The notes beneath the pieces were generated by a model. The model worked only from the letters and a program-made list of their open reading frames with translations. It did no database searches and was not told the origin of the DNA. This document shows, in pieces, positions 57,401 through 64,000 of a DNA stretch of 64,000 nucleotides (positions within the stretch are counted from its first letter, which is position 1; each line of letters begins with the position of its first letter). The position numbers and the translations under genes were made by a program. The DNA lies in IMG/VR virus record IMGVR_UViG_2751185397_000002; one strand, given 5' to 3'. The DNA comes from an uncultured virus (IMG/VR IMGVR_UViG_2751185397_000002). Its lineage: Duplodnaviria; Heunggongvirae; Uroviricota; Caudoviricetes.

Positions 57401-59459
57401 CTATGCTCCATTGATGCGCTTTGGCAAATGGACGGTGACGGCACAGGAAATCGATCCGCAAACCGGTGCAGTGGAACGCGATGAGAACGGCAGCCCGGCA
57501 ACGGTCTACTTCGGCAAGTTCGATACCGAAAGCGAAGCTATGGCAGCGCTCGACCGGATGAAGGAAAAATACAAGGATCGCAATGATATTCGTGTCGATT
57601 CTGGTATTGATAGCGAAGATTCGCACCAACTGTATGCCGGTATTTCGCCGGAAACGGTTGCGCTGTTCGGTGAAGCAATTGGCGCCGGTGATGTGGCAAA
57701 TAAATATTACCAGATCGCATTATCAGAACGCAGCGCGTTGAAGCGCCGCCTGGAAAGAAAAGGCACTCCGGGTTACAGCCAGGATTTGCCGCGTGTGCTG
57801 TCCAATTTCATTACCAGCAATGGCCGTTTTTCTGCGCAGCGGTACTATCTGCGCGATCTAAACGAATCCATCCGCACCATCCCGCAGAATAAAGGCGACG
57901 TGAAGGATGAGGCGATTCAACTGAAAAAATTCATTGTTGACCCGGGTGATCCTGCCGCGCCGCTATCAACCGTGATGTTCGCCTGGTTCTTGGGTGGTTC
58001 AGTCGCGGCGGCTATGATCAATATGACACAGCCGGTTATGATGACCGGTCCGTACCTGTCGCAATTCGGATTGAAGAGTGCGACGAGCGAATTAACCAAG
58101 GCAATTCCTTACGCTATGGGCAAAAAGGAAATTACCGATAAAAGTCTGAAGGACGCGCTGCAACGCGCAAGCCGTGAGGGCGTGGTCGATGCTCAGGAAA
58201 TTTTCCACCTATATAGTATGGGTGCGCAAAGTATCGCATCCGGTTTGATCGGCACGCTATCGCGCATACCTGGAGCTGGCAAAGCGATCAAGGCCGGTAG
58301 CGACAATGCGCGCGCGCGTATCAATGCATTCCTGACGCTGTGGGGTTCCATGTTCTCGCTGGCGGAGAAATTTAACCGCAAGCTGACGTTCATCGCGGCC
58401 TGGAACATGGCCAAAGAAAAAGGAAATGCCAATCCTTACGCCTTTGCGGTCCGGGCGGTCAACGAAACCCAGGGCATATACAATAAAGTGAACCGGCCTA
58501 ATTGGGCACGCAATCCAGCAGGGCGCACTATCCTGACGTTCAAGCAATTCAGTTTGATGTACGTGGAAATGCTGTCGCGCATGTGGAAGCGTGGCGGACC
58601 GGAAGGAAAACGCGCGGCACTCATCATGCTGGCGGTGTTGATGCTGGCGTCCGGCGAGGAAGGATTGCCATTTGCGCAAGACTTGGATGATCTGATTGAT
58701 ACCATCGGCCAGTTATTCGGGCTGGACACCAATATGCGCAGAAATAAGCGCGAAGCAGCGTATCAAATCTTGGGCGACAAGCTGGGCGATATGTTCTTAT
58801 ATGGTATATCGTCGCAATTGCCGCTGGATGTATCTGGCCGGTTAGGGCTTGGCAATTTCATACCGGGCACTGGATTGCTAAAAAAATCGGATGAGCAAAT
58901 GCGCACCCGCAACGCAATCGAGTTACTCGGACCAGCGGCCGGCATGGGATCCCAATTGGGCGATGCATACGACGCAGCAACCGAGGGAAATAGCGGAAAA
59001 GCATTGCAGAATCTCGCGCCCAAGGCTATCAAGGATATTCTTGCTGCCGAAGAAATGGCACGAAAAGGATATTCCAGCGACTTCAAGGGCCGAAAAGTGA
59101 CTGACGTGGGATTGAGCGATGCTGCAATAAAGGCATCCGGATTCAATCCGACCAAGATCGCCAATGTGCACAGAAAGACAATGCCGCTACAGCAGGATAT
59201 TTCTTTACAGAAAATCACCGAAACCAGCATAGCGAATCAGTGGGCGCGCGGAATCATGGAAAATGACAAGGCCATGATCGATGAAGCGAAGAAACGCCAG
59301 GACGATTGGAACAAGAAAAACCCAAGAATCCCGATAGCCATTAACGGCAATCAAATCCGTGACCGGGTTCGCTCGTTGAATACCGATAAGAACACCCGGC
59401 TGCTGAAAGACTCTCCGAAGGAAATGCGCGGCAGGATAGGCTTGGAATTGTTGGATTGA
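45495..59459 (+). CDS. Giant DarB-like polyvalent protein (transglycosylase, InPase, N6-MTase, SNF2 helicase, metallopeptidase, ART, PLxRFG)
   Basis: QESG/GGMQIMP; YGYLKRSEGADGDQVD; LEPSLGVG/GNPPF; VGAGKT/DEMH; HEIEGH; VVYHGT...NQIKS; PLMRFG. Confidence 0.92.
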   Translation: MGSSEIGLSDFFSKQDGSGKQKQSTPSKGLSLPDLNQIVTSEGADHLKPVIQAIYNQESGSGSNARTSSDGARGGMQIMPGTFQRYAKPGESINNPDDNMRVGVRIIKDLGDKFGNDPAKIATGYFSGEGNVNKERGQAFKKDHADGNGKRVSSYVGDILAALGGVSDAHAESMPEASKPDLDKAPKWTDIVINPEFSKLSQEQQSLAKKAYFDHYIRPHAGGQADSLLQQFMAAPNEPRDRTMGEVASDTGAQLLEGMHNILGAVPNLFAPEGDIAGYFNQKSKDAQELQSDPLKARIARADAAIKEADKDGVMAQIAEAAGQYFSDPALAARFIVTNLPSMIPGIGVAKLTQMAAKARGASAATAGALATTAAGATGAVLNAGGARGEAFNDIKETLIKQGMDPDQAEEEALKDSRVSAAVGGLAGFVSGKTGLENSLFGQGTSKSAVKAFAKGAAAELGGEQLEEVAPKVATNYMAGQYDNRRLGQDVGRTIIETGIASSPGATFSGGVSAANTFRQPEQPEQPEQQQVDPQDETQQAQPEVQPGATQEPSQPQADASEHPTVQTANSIVRDLAQQAGIPEEVVLPKSPLSPENLSQKLNQNTGFDKDVLNFAEGRLNQLLEKRDGHIQTGIGDNGLSDQMIEGQGLSPQEQQELDALQSMRGNVSGIKDLYGLNPQQTPEEKQPESVKKLNPVESAPVADRSEDDLRQQMRNANDGRVRNAIAEELRNRDREKSDREAADNLVTVSEKRAKKTGETGDSRVNDQIEKAQETIQHVEAAHHDVANKVNAAAHEAATSPENDRPEPTEAQKQAGNYKKGHLNFDGLDISVENPAGSKRSGTDPNGKPWSVDMTAHYGYLKRSEGADGDQVDVYVPENPVPGSPVYVFDQFNHDGKFDEHKAVVGVSTQEEAQKVYDAHFSDGSGPQRRRGVTAMSASDFKQWAQNGNTQKPLSKPKTEREAKERKKPIKDTINTEQSTSKVVADTGTKKATKKEEHKPKTEKESKARRAKQKEISNATQANETKQTETPGTAETATPKEPDVAIEQQDTAQFAKNKIFTAAKVAAARARLKSKLNTLNSGVDPELLQDGITLAGAYIESGFRTFGEYSDAMINDLGEKVRPYLRSFYEAARHYPGLDTTGMTTAAELDLMEKEGTASHVKQAEGNEIAIGTIEKPKKRTKERKKTDLVLKNDYGVSSIDGYDNETGEGASGVVKRQFLSDTKKYLEGVQKSLAAAGFVPHARNGKALKPVSVNEGGIAVSGDVTLSMFNPEKQRGIYIHIGGTSLRGTVPTTKSGVSVMMRVTKENDPSGGDNNRWMPVNMTDQELANAASIEVEKVADRVNPVAKTPDQLQDTTKPQEVVNANPISTESVSAGNNAGDTENAATGNGHSKPLDNGVAENGESTDSDRGVSGSADSAGRKRAKSTQRSEPESPVELGESRSDGADASAADTERGAGRGSVEQDHSIDAEEIGKGGLAKKYRDNVDAIKLLKNLETEGRKATPQERKTLAKYVGWGAMKGPFDPENKAWEKQHAELKELLTDSEYKAARASTRNAHYTSPVAVGAMYSALQRLGFNGGRLLEPSLGVGNFFGLMPKDLRNSSQLHGVELDSLTSRLAAALYPKAKIAQSTGFEDFDIPSEYFDVVIGNPPFGNEPLVDKERSAYSGFSIHNYFLAKSIDKLRPGGIMAVVVSHNFMDAQDGRVRKWIGERASLIGGVRLPNTAFKENAGTEVVTDILVFQKNDPNGLNKNAAPWQDVADQTNINSKTDEPVTHKVNQFFVSQPQYVLGKPSAAGKMYSANEYTVESTGDIGKQLSEWVDSLPKDIFTSIARTNDSKSTDMAVPDGIKVGSFYVDASGKVMRRGADVMGEKTAEAWQPKSEAQLGRMKGMIAIRDTLRTQMRMERSPDATHQEIEDNRAELNRVYDDFIKKYKFINTVTNRGIFLDDTEAHLIQGLEFDYDRGISKAVAEKEGIEPKAPSANKADIFKRRVAFPPQDFLKVSTAKDALLASLNYRGGIDLPYMSEVYGKSPEDIIQELGDVVFDDPQSGIVAADEYLSGDVKTKLQEAKDAAQADKKYTRNVEALEKVIPKDKTPSEISVSIGASFVPADVYQQFIKHISGVDADVSYIKATGQWVTALNNQGDTTLNTAKFGTSDLPAISLFQLTMLGRGAVVKKTVRNPDGSTTTYVLEQETEAAREKQNTIKAEWQKWLWQDAERADKIASIYNDKMNRIVLRKYDGSHMSFPGMNPSIELLGNQKNGVWRGLQSYRVLFDHVVGAGKTFAMTALAMEMRRLGIARKPFFAVPNHLTLQWMNEFTRLYPGSNVLAATPEDFSKDNRERMFAKIITGDWDAVIVGHSSLKKIGLPPETESEVLQEQIDELAASIEEMKRARGDRRIVADMERIRKNLEAKMKDKLAAIGERSKVVTFDELGIDAMMIDEMHEFKNLAYHTTMDRNPGMGNPAGSSKAFDLFVKTQWLFNTFGEKAPYVTATGTPVSNSLVEMFNMQRYMQYPTLKREGLNVFDAWAKQFGSVENVYEVAPSGSGYRQSTRFAKFTNLPALMSLYNTFADTITLDDLKVQEEAQGKRFPVPKISGGRPTLIVAKRSPAVAALMGVPRAQVDDNGNIEFSADLNKEIKIQHDEKSDKYDAYVGDNHVGKFDTEQDARLKIAELALSPVVSVNPDSIVGRFANLRQLTRDTKGKVNALSLTGEANKAGLDYRLINPSAPDFKGSKINLAVDNMMRIYKQWQSDRGTQLVFCDLSVPLSARSSFSNKPRRLYVRNESGALDMKRGTMHTMPGHEDLPYFIVQRGSGKDSKRFDVYDAASGAAILTDSRSKQDAMDAANGMLSNDDKRNDWITKRESTGEIEQEAIDDFNNENEVETENLELFTREDIAGMSGATKFSVYDDIKKKLIAKGVPEREIAFIHDYSTPVAKNKLFKAVNEGEIRFLLGSTPKMGAGTNVQKRLVGLHHIDAPWRPSDLEQREGRIIRRGNELYERDPDGFEVFIGRYATEQTYDTRRWQILEHKARGIEQLRNYDGTINEIEDIDGEAANAADMKAAASGDPLILEETRLRNEVRRLEKLQASHADEVLAMTRKARDAEYYAKKTAPSIISEAQGLLDEAKKHKLDSEGFSPIAVQGRKPKADKESAYKELASAFNSVREHIIDTADVQYRGIDFRLEHLASSVILRTPTGSSGVWMMSDAFSPSGMVQRMKNYIDRLPDTIQDAKAHADKSIKDAAALREQAKQPFQQAGDLEKTREEHKRVQRALMAKGPQVPDEQKALLVAGIEKQKSRLRTLGYGDALDELLSNADQASLLLGNPANVGGVEIDVARSTVDRIVAANQKVWNIDISTVATFDDLPDNVKNNIAKNYGEDAAKNAKGLVHNGKVYVIANNNESEADIEQTLLHEIEGHMGVRRLYGSEITKKLNDLYIAIGGRKGLIKLANDRGITGSLVDYADMLKNTELPNETRIKIMMDEALAHYAQTPKFGDKVKAIVGMIRAWLRDHKFAKLAEFGETDLLNILRQGRQKLKTGDGGNDSALMMGDRKSGITETITIDGIDRPTRNSNGKPIYPTVEGIRNFWKWFGDSRVVDDQGRPLVVYHGTDKDFNEFKKDSFFSDDVNNAKPYGNRVVESYLKIINPEVADYSGAQDNDKDFDIEEAKDNGNDGLIILNADDGYHVGNQYIAFHPNQIKSATGNTGAFSENDESILFRKGGKEPDDYSSSVDSAQEKLFNFFGNSKEKSPKNFGLYHKTLSTQYHKALKDQHYGKVFSLANAMQNHVSLASIRPSELAPGVLPRVDDVKSAAKGLFKGAQNQKYIKKVADAMFAGTLAGKGATDGRVWDDTELKNVFGLDKTGISLYRQARAAVDASIDELAAAEGYAMAQHIVPKDMRRMIIDEPGIAGTLLKSEVERQANVLNIAIQSARKRGDDEGAARLAALQESYASTLKNLNTIFDTAAGLKKGGYAPLMRFGKWTVTAQEIDPQTGAVERDENGSPATVYFGKFDTESEAMAALDRMKEKYKDRNDIRVDSGIDSEDSHQLYAGISPETVALFGEAIGAGDVANKYYQIALSERSALKRRLERKGTPGYSQDLPRVLSNFITSNGRFSAQRYYLRDLNESIRTIPQNKGDVKDEAIQLKKFIVDPGDPAAPLSTVMFAWFLGGSVAAAMINMTQPVMMTGPYLSQFGLKSATSELTKAIPYAMGKKEITDKSLKDALQRASREGVVDAQEIFHLYSMGAQSIASGLIGTLSRIPGAGKAIKAGSDNARARINAFLTLWGSMFSLAEKFNRKLTFIAAWNMAKEKGNANPYAFAVRAVNETQGIYNKVNRPNWARNPAGRTILTFKQFSLMYVEMLSRMWKRGGPEGKRAALIMLAVLMLASGEEGLPFAQDLDDLIDTIGQLFGLDTNMRRNKREAAYQILGDKLGDMFLYGISSQLPLDVSGRLGLGNFIPGTGLLKKSDEQMRTRNAIELLGPAAGMGSQLGDAYDAATEGNSGKALQNLAPKAIKDILAAEEMARKGYSSDFKGRKVTDVGLSDAAIKASGFNPTKIANVHRKTMPLQQDISLQKITETSIANQWARGIMENDKAMIDEAKKRQDDWNKKNPRIPIAINGNQIRDRVRSLNTDKNTRLLKDSPKEMRGRIGLELLD
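49585..49881 (+). CDS. 98-aa protein overprinted in +1 frame inside the giant gene
   Basis: AGGAGGT SD at 49573-49579; globular-looking sequence over a low-complexity host frame. Confidence 0.6.
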   Translation: MQTLYQPKAYPPEIMQAIQKMPPLATDIANRWIMGWPKTVKALIATGEYLEALTVQEENERKALSDPSLNHLSSWEKAEVMGLTQAPPTPSEEPDEEA

Positions 59460-59470
59460 TGACAGCAAAC

Positions 59471-59492
59471 AAACCCGCTCCGGCGGGTTTTT
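59471..59492 (+). terminator. Intrinsic terminator after the giant gene
   Basis: AAACCCGC-TCCG-GCGGGTTTTT. Confidence 0.8.
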
Positions 59493-59518
59493 AATTCCGT
59501 CGAATTCGACGGAATTAA
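59491..59518. repeat. Perfect 28-bp palindrome
   Basis: TTAATTCCGTCGAATTCGACGGAATTAA. Confidence 0.9.
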
Positions 59519-59689
59519 CCAATGTTGATTTTTTCGACCACAAATGAGGTATGGAAAATCAACATCACTTCTGAAGTTGCATCAAGTCAGCGCAAGCAAT
59601 TCGCTAAAAAAGTGCGGTTTTGTCAATCAGGCCAAAAAAGCAAACTGACATAAATGCTTGAGCATGAAAGCACAAGAAAAATCTGCAAA

Positions 59690-59708
59690 GTAACCCCGGT
59701 GTAACCCC
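59690..59708 (+). promoter_or_regulatory. Integrase arm-type sites, 2x GTAACCCC
   Basis: Copies at 59690 and 59701. Confidence 0.75.
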
Positions 59709-59755
59709 GGAAAAAAGAAAGAGGTTGAGCATCGCTGCTAACCCCTTCTTTTTAA

Positions 59756-59805
59756 TTGGTAGGTCGTGGCAGATTCGAACTGCCGACCAACGGATTAAAA
59801 GTCCG
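59756..59805. repeat. Right att site
   Basis: Identical to 199-248. Confidence 0.97.
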
Positions 59806-59832
59806 CTGCTCTACCGGCTGAGCTAACGACCC
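59757..59832 (-). tRNA. tRNA-Lys (anticodon UUU)
   Basis: GGGTCGTTAGCTCAGCCGGTAGAGCAGCGGACTTTTAATCCG...TTCGAATC...ACCA, 76 nt. Confidence 0.97.
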
Positions 59833-60213
59833 GAAGCGCAGCATTATACCTGAATCAATTACCGATAGAAATGGCTTTATCAGATTGAGTGTTTGTTCTT
59901 ATGCTATAAGAGATACGGCTATAATGCCTAGCACACTGACAATAGCGCGAGTATTGGATAAAATGTATGCAAAAATACTGTANNNNNNNNNNNNNNNNNN
60001 NNNNNNNNNNNNNNNNNNNNNNNNNAAAATCAAATCCATATCCTTCTGGTATTTATTCTGCCAGAATCAACAAGTAACAAGTGGTATTGAAATCAAGTGG
60101 CATCATTAAGGCGACAGGAAGCGGAAGTCCGGTTCGTATTTTTAAAAAAACCGTAAGCCAGTCGAATAATGGTAGATCAACTCTATTTTTGTGATTAAGG
60201 AAAGTAACTGATA

Positions 60214-61078
60214 ATGCTGACACATTTGCAGCGCTTAGAAGCGGAGAGCATACAAATCATGCGGGAAGTCGTCGCGGAGTGCGAACACCCGGTGATGCTT
60301 TATTCCATTGGTAAAGACAGCGCTGTCATGCTGCATCTGGCGGTAAAGGCATTTTNNNNNNNNNNNNNNNNNNNNNNNNNNNNNNNNNNNNNNNNNNNNN
60401 NNNNNNNNNNNNNNNNNNNNNNNNGAATTGCTGGTTCATATTAATCCACGCGGTGTGGAGAAAGGAATAAATCCGTTTACGCACGGCTCGGCGGTTCATA
60501 CGGATATTTGGAAAACCGAAGGGTTGAAGCAAGCGTTGGATAAGTACGGTTTCGATGTGGCTTTTGGCGGCGCGCGCCGGGATGAGGAGAAATCCCGTGC
60601 GAAGGAACGCATTTTTTCCATCCGCTCGGCGCAACATCGTTGGGATCCCAAGCTGCAACGGCCGGAACTGTGGCGGTTATATAATGCGCGTAAGAATAAA
60701 GGTGAGAGTATCCGGGTATTCCCGCTTTCCAACTGGACTGAACTCGATATCTGGCAATATATTTATCTGAATGACATTCCCATAGTACCGCTTTATTTTG
60801 CCAAGGAACGTCCTGTTGTCGAGCGCGATGGCACATTGATCATGGTGGATGACGAACGTTTGCCGATGCGGGAAGGCGAACAGCCGATGATGAAGACGGT
60901 GCGGTTCCGCACCTTGGGTTGTTATCCGCTTACCGGCGCAATTGAAAGCGAAGCGAATACGCTGACGGCGATTATTCAGGAAATGCTGCTGGCAAGAACC
61001 TCCGAGCGGCAAGGCCGGTTGATTGATCACGATTCCGCCGGTTCGATGGAAAAGAAAAAGCAGGAGGGTTATTTCTAA
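60214..61078 (+). CDS. cysD: Sulfate adenylyltransferase subunit 2 (interrupted by an N gap)
   Basis: [48 protein letters not shown]. Confidence 0.95.
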
Positions 61079-62961
61079 TGGCGCACGTATCGGATTTGAT
61101 CGCAGAAGATATCGAGCTGTATTTAAAAACGCATGAAAACAAGAGTCTGCTCCGGTTTATAACGTGCGGCAGTGTCGATGACGGAAAAAGCACTCTGATC
61201 GGCCGGCTGCTTTATGAATCGAAGATGTTATTTGAAGATCAATTGACTCAATTGGAGGTTGATTCCAAGAAAGTCGGTACGCAAGCGGGCGATCTGGATT
61301 TTGCGCTGCTGGTTGATGGACTGGCGGCGGAACGTGAACAGGGCATTACCATTGATGTCGCGTACCGCTTTTTTTCTACCGACAAGCGCAAGTTTATCGT
61401 TGCCGACACACCCGGGCACGAACAGTATACGCGCAACATGATCACCGGCGCGTCGACCGCGGATGTGGCCATTATTCTGATCGATGCGCGCAAAGGGGTG
61501 TTGACTCAGACGCGGCGGCACAGCTATTTGGTTTCTTTAATCGGCATCAAGCATGTGGTGCTGGCGATCAATAAGCTCGATATGGTGGGATATTCCGAAG
61601 AGGTTTTTAACCGGATCGATCACGACTATCGCGTATTCGCCAAAAAGGTCGGATTGCAAAATATTGTCGCCATCCCGATGTCGGCTTTGAAAGGCGATAA
61701 TATTACCGAGTTAAGCAGGAATACACCGTGGTATAGCGGCGACACATTGATGAGCTATCTGGAGAATGTGCAGGTAGAAGATGCCGCTGAGCAATCCGGC
61801 GTTTTCCGTATGCCGGTGCAATGGGTGAATCGTCCCAATCTGGATTTCCGCGGTTATTCCGGCATGGTGGTACGCGGCAGTGTCAAGCCTGGTGATCCCG
61901 TCTGCGTTCTGCCATCCGGCAAGGAAAGCCGGGTGGCGCGCATCGTCACCCAAGACGGCGATCTTGACCGGGCGGTTTGCGGACAATCGATTACGCTGAC
62001 ATTGACGGATGAGATCGATATCAGCCGAGGCGATGTGTTGGCGACAACCGATTCACCGCCCGGCGTGGCCAATCAGTTTGCAGCGACTGTGGTTTGGATG
62101 ATCGACGAACCGCTGCTTCCCGGCAGGCCGTACTTGATGAAGATTGGTGCAAAAACGGTAACCGCCACTATTTCCGAGTTGCAGCATAAGGTCAATGTGA
62201 ATACGCTCGAGCATATTGCTGCTACGCAGCTTGAGCTCAATGAAATCGGCATTTGTACTCTCGCTACGGATCAACTGATCGCATTCGATCCGTATAGCGA
62301 AGATCGTGATACCGGTGGTTTTATCATGATCGATCGCCTGACCAATAATACGGTAGGGGCGGGCATGCTGCACTCGGCCGTACAGCAATCGCACAGCCGC
62401 GCCGGGTGGCAAACGGTCAGTGTGAATAAACAAGCGCGCGCCGCCCTCAAGGGACAAAAACCGTTCATCTTGTGGCTTACCGGATCCGGCAACAGCAAGT
62501 CGGCTATCGCTATTTTGCTCGAGAAAAAGCTTTATTCGTTAGGCAAACACACTTATCTGCTGGATGGAGATACTATTCGTCACGGCTTGAATAAAGATCT
62601 CGGTTTTACCGATGCCGACCGGATTGAAAATATCCGGCGCACTGCGGAAGTAGCCAAGCTGATGGTTGATGTCGGACAAATCGTGCTGGTTTCTCTGATT
62701 TCACCGTTTTCCGACGAACGTAAAATGGTGCGTGAATTGGTGGCACAGGGCGAATTTTTTGAAATATTTGTCGATGCAACGATCCAGACGGCAGAAGCGC
62801 GAGAGCTGAAGGAATTGCAAAAAGGCGATCGCAGCAAAGTTAATTCTACCGGCGAAGCACCGGATAATCCGGAAATCCGTATCGATAGGGCTATTCAGAC
62901 CCCTGAGCAGGCGGTGGAGCATATCATCCGTTACCTGACGCAAGCGGGCGTGCTCAGTTAA
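61078..62961 (+). CDS. cysN: Sulfate adenylyltransferase subunit 1 with C-terminal APS-kinase-like domain
   Basis: CGSVDDGKST, EREQGITIDVAY, DTPGHEQY, NKLD; LDGD..RHGLNKDLGF. Confidence 0.95.
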   Translation: MAHVSDLIAEDIELYLKTHENKSLLRFITCGSVDDGKSTLIGRLLYESKMLFEDQLTQLEVDSKKVGTQAGDLDFALLVDGLAAEREQGITIDVAYRFFSTDKRKFIVADTPGHEQYTRNMITGASTADVAIILIDARKGVLTQTRRHSYLVSLIGIKHVVLAINKLDMVGYSEEVFNRIDHDYRVFAKKVGLQNIVAIPMSALKGDNITELSRNTPWYSGDTLMSYLENVQVEDAAEQSGVFRMPVQWVNRPNLDFRGYSGMVVRGSVKPGDPVCVLPSGKESRVARIVTQDGDLDRAVCGQSITLTLTDEIDISRGDVLATTDSPPGVANQFAATVVWMIDEPLLPGRPYLMKIGAKTVTATISELQHKVNVNTLEHIAATQLELNEIGICTLATDQLIAFDPYSEDRDTGGFIMIDRLTNNTVGAGMLHSAVQQSHSRAGWQTVSVNKQARAALKGQKPFILWLTGSGNSKSAIAILLEKKLYSLGKHTYLLDGDTIRHGLNKDLGFTDADRIENIRRTAEVAKLMVDVGQIVLVSLISPFSDERKMVRELVAQGEFFEIFVDATIQTAEARELKELQKGDRSKVNSTGEAPDNPEIRIDRAIQTPEQAVEHIIRYLTQAGVLS

Positions 62962-63152
62962 TAGCACTATTGCCCGATAAATCATCGCATGCATCAGTGT
63001 GGCGCGATNNNNNNNNNNNNNNNNNNNNNNNNNNNNNNNNNNNNGGTTCATTAAATCATTTTGTAACCGTTTTCATGCCACAGTGTCATCGTGCGCTTGA
63101 AAAATTGTAAAGCGTTCGAGCAAATCTATCACTTTTCATCGGATTAATTATC

Positions 63153-64000
63153 ATGATTCTTGTTACAGGCGGTGCTGGATACATCGGGTCGCACACTTGC
63201 GTCGAATTGCTAAATGCGGGATTTGACATTACGGTTTTCGATAATTTTTGTAACAGCAATCCGGAAGCACTGATGCGCGTGCAGAAAATTACCGGCAGGA
63301 AACCTGGATTAATTACCGGCGATTGCCGCGACCGGGCCGCCTTGACGGCAGCGTTACAGCAAAGTAAAGCCAAAGCGGTTATCCATTTTGCCGGACTTAA
63401 AGCCGTCGGGGAATCGGTTGAGCAGCCGCTTTCCTATTACGACAATAACGTCGCCGGGACATTGCGGCTATTGGAAGCGATGCAAGCATGCGATGTCAAA
63501 ACATTAGTATTCAGTTCTTCGGCAACGGTTTATGGTGATCCGGTACGCCTGCCGCTAACGGAAGATCATCCACTGACTGCAACGAATCCCTACGGACGCA
63601 GCAAGCTGATGATCGAAGAGATTCTGCGCGATTTACAGCGCAGTGACAATTCATTCCGGATCGGTATATTGCGGTACTTCAACCCGGTGGGGGCGCACGC
63701 CAGCGGACTGATCGGCGAAGATCCGCAAGGAATTCCGAATAACTTGATGCCTTTCGTGGCGCAGGTCGCGGTGGGGCGAAGGGAAACTTTGAACGTATGG
63801 GGAAACGATTACCCTACGCCAGACGGCACCGGCGTGCGCGATTATATTCACGTCGTCGATTTGGCACAGGGGCATCTCAAGGCTCTGGAGGTACTGGAAG
63901 CGTCGCGTCATACGCAAGATAGTCAATATTCCGGCTGTTTGACCGTAAACCTAGGCACCGGACGAGGGTACAGCGTATTGGAAGTGGTGCATGCCTACGA
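63153..64000 (+). CDS. galE: UDP-glucose 4-epimerase (runs off window)
   Basis: [43 protein letters not shown]. Confidence 0.95.
   Translation, partial: MILVTGGAGYIGSHTCVELLNAGFDITVFDNFCNSNPEALMRVQKITGRKPGLITGDCRDRAALTAALQQSKAKAVIHFAGLKAVGESVEQPLSYYDNNVAGTLRLLEAMQACDVKTLVFSSSATVYGDPVRLPLTEDHPLTATNPYGRSKLMIEEILRDLQRSDNSFRIGILRYFNPVGAHASGLIGEDPQGIPNNLMPFVAQVAVGRRETLNVWGNDYPTPDGTGVRDYIHVVDLAQGHLKALEVLEASRHTQDSQYSGCLTVNLGTGRGYSVLEVVHAY

Larger units (their letters stand above)
199..59805. mobile_element. Temperate prophage (podovirus-like morphogenesis, lambdoid immunity) integrated in tRNA-Lys
   Basis: 50-bp direct repeats at both ends equal to the tRNA 3' half; integrase at the left end; immunity, replication, packaging, head and tail modules in order. 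Confidence 0.97.

Noticed and set aside
60356..60424. cysD frameshift or pseudogene
   Set aside because: The frame break coincides with an N run, so it is an assembly or masking gap

Overview
Almost the whole window (199-59805, about 59.6 kb) is one apparently complete temperate prophage with podovirus-type head and tail genes. It is integrated in the 3' half of a tRNA-Lys(UUU) gene and bounded by 50-bp direct repeats. Left to right it contains: a tyrosine integrase and excisionase; a leftward early arm (SbcC-like ATPase, RdgC, RecT/YqaJ); a lambdoid immunity region with 17-bp operators and two envelope morons (PEP-CTERM protein, lipoprotein); Cro, CII and replication genes; an accessory region; terminase, portal, scaffold and capsid; nested spanins; tail genes; and a 4654-aa DarB-like polyvalent protein. 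Host cysD, cysN(C) and the start of galE follow; the host is probably a Nitrosomonas-like betaproteobacterium (weak inference). The most unusual feature is a ~1.85-kb, mostly non-coding stretch (17641-19497) of tandem, G-U-rich, partly tRNA-like RNA folds. These are delimited by recurring CTAACA/TGTTAG motifs, several folds overlap and exclude each other, and the stretch surrounds an anti-CBASS acb2 gene. Also notable: a gene overprinted inside the giant ORF, a fixed-spacing TCGAAT-N14-(-10) late-promoter motif in 7 copies, and two Rmf/CrpP-like domains. All family assignments are by motif recognition, not database search.
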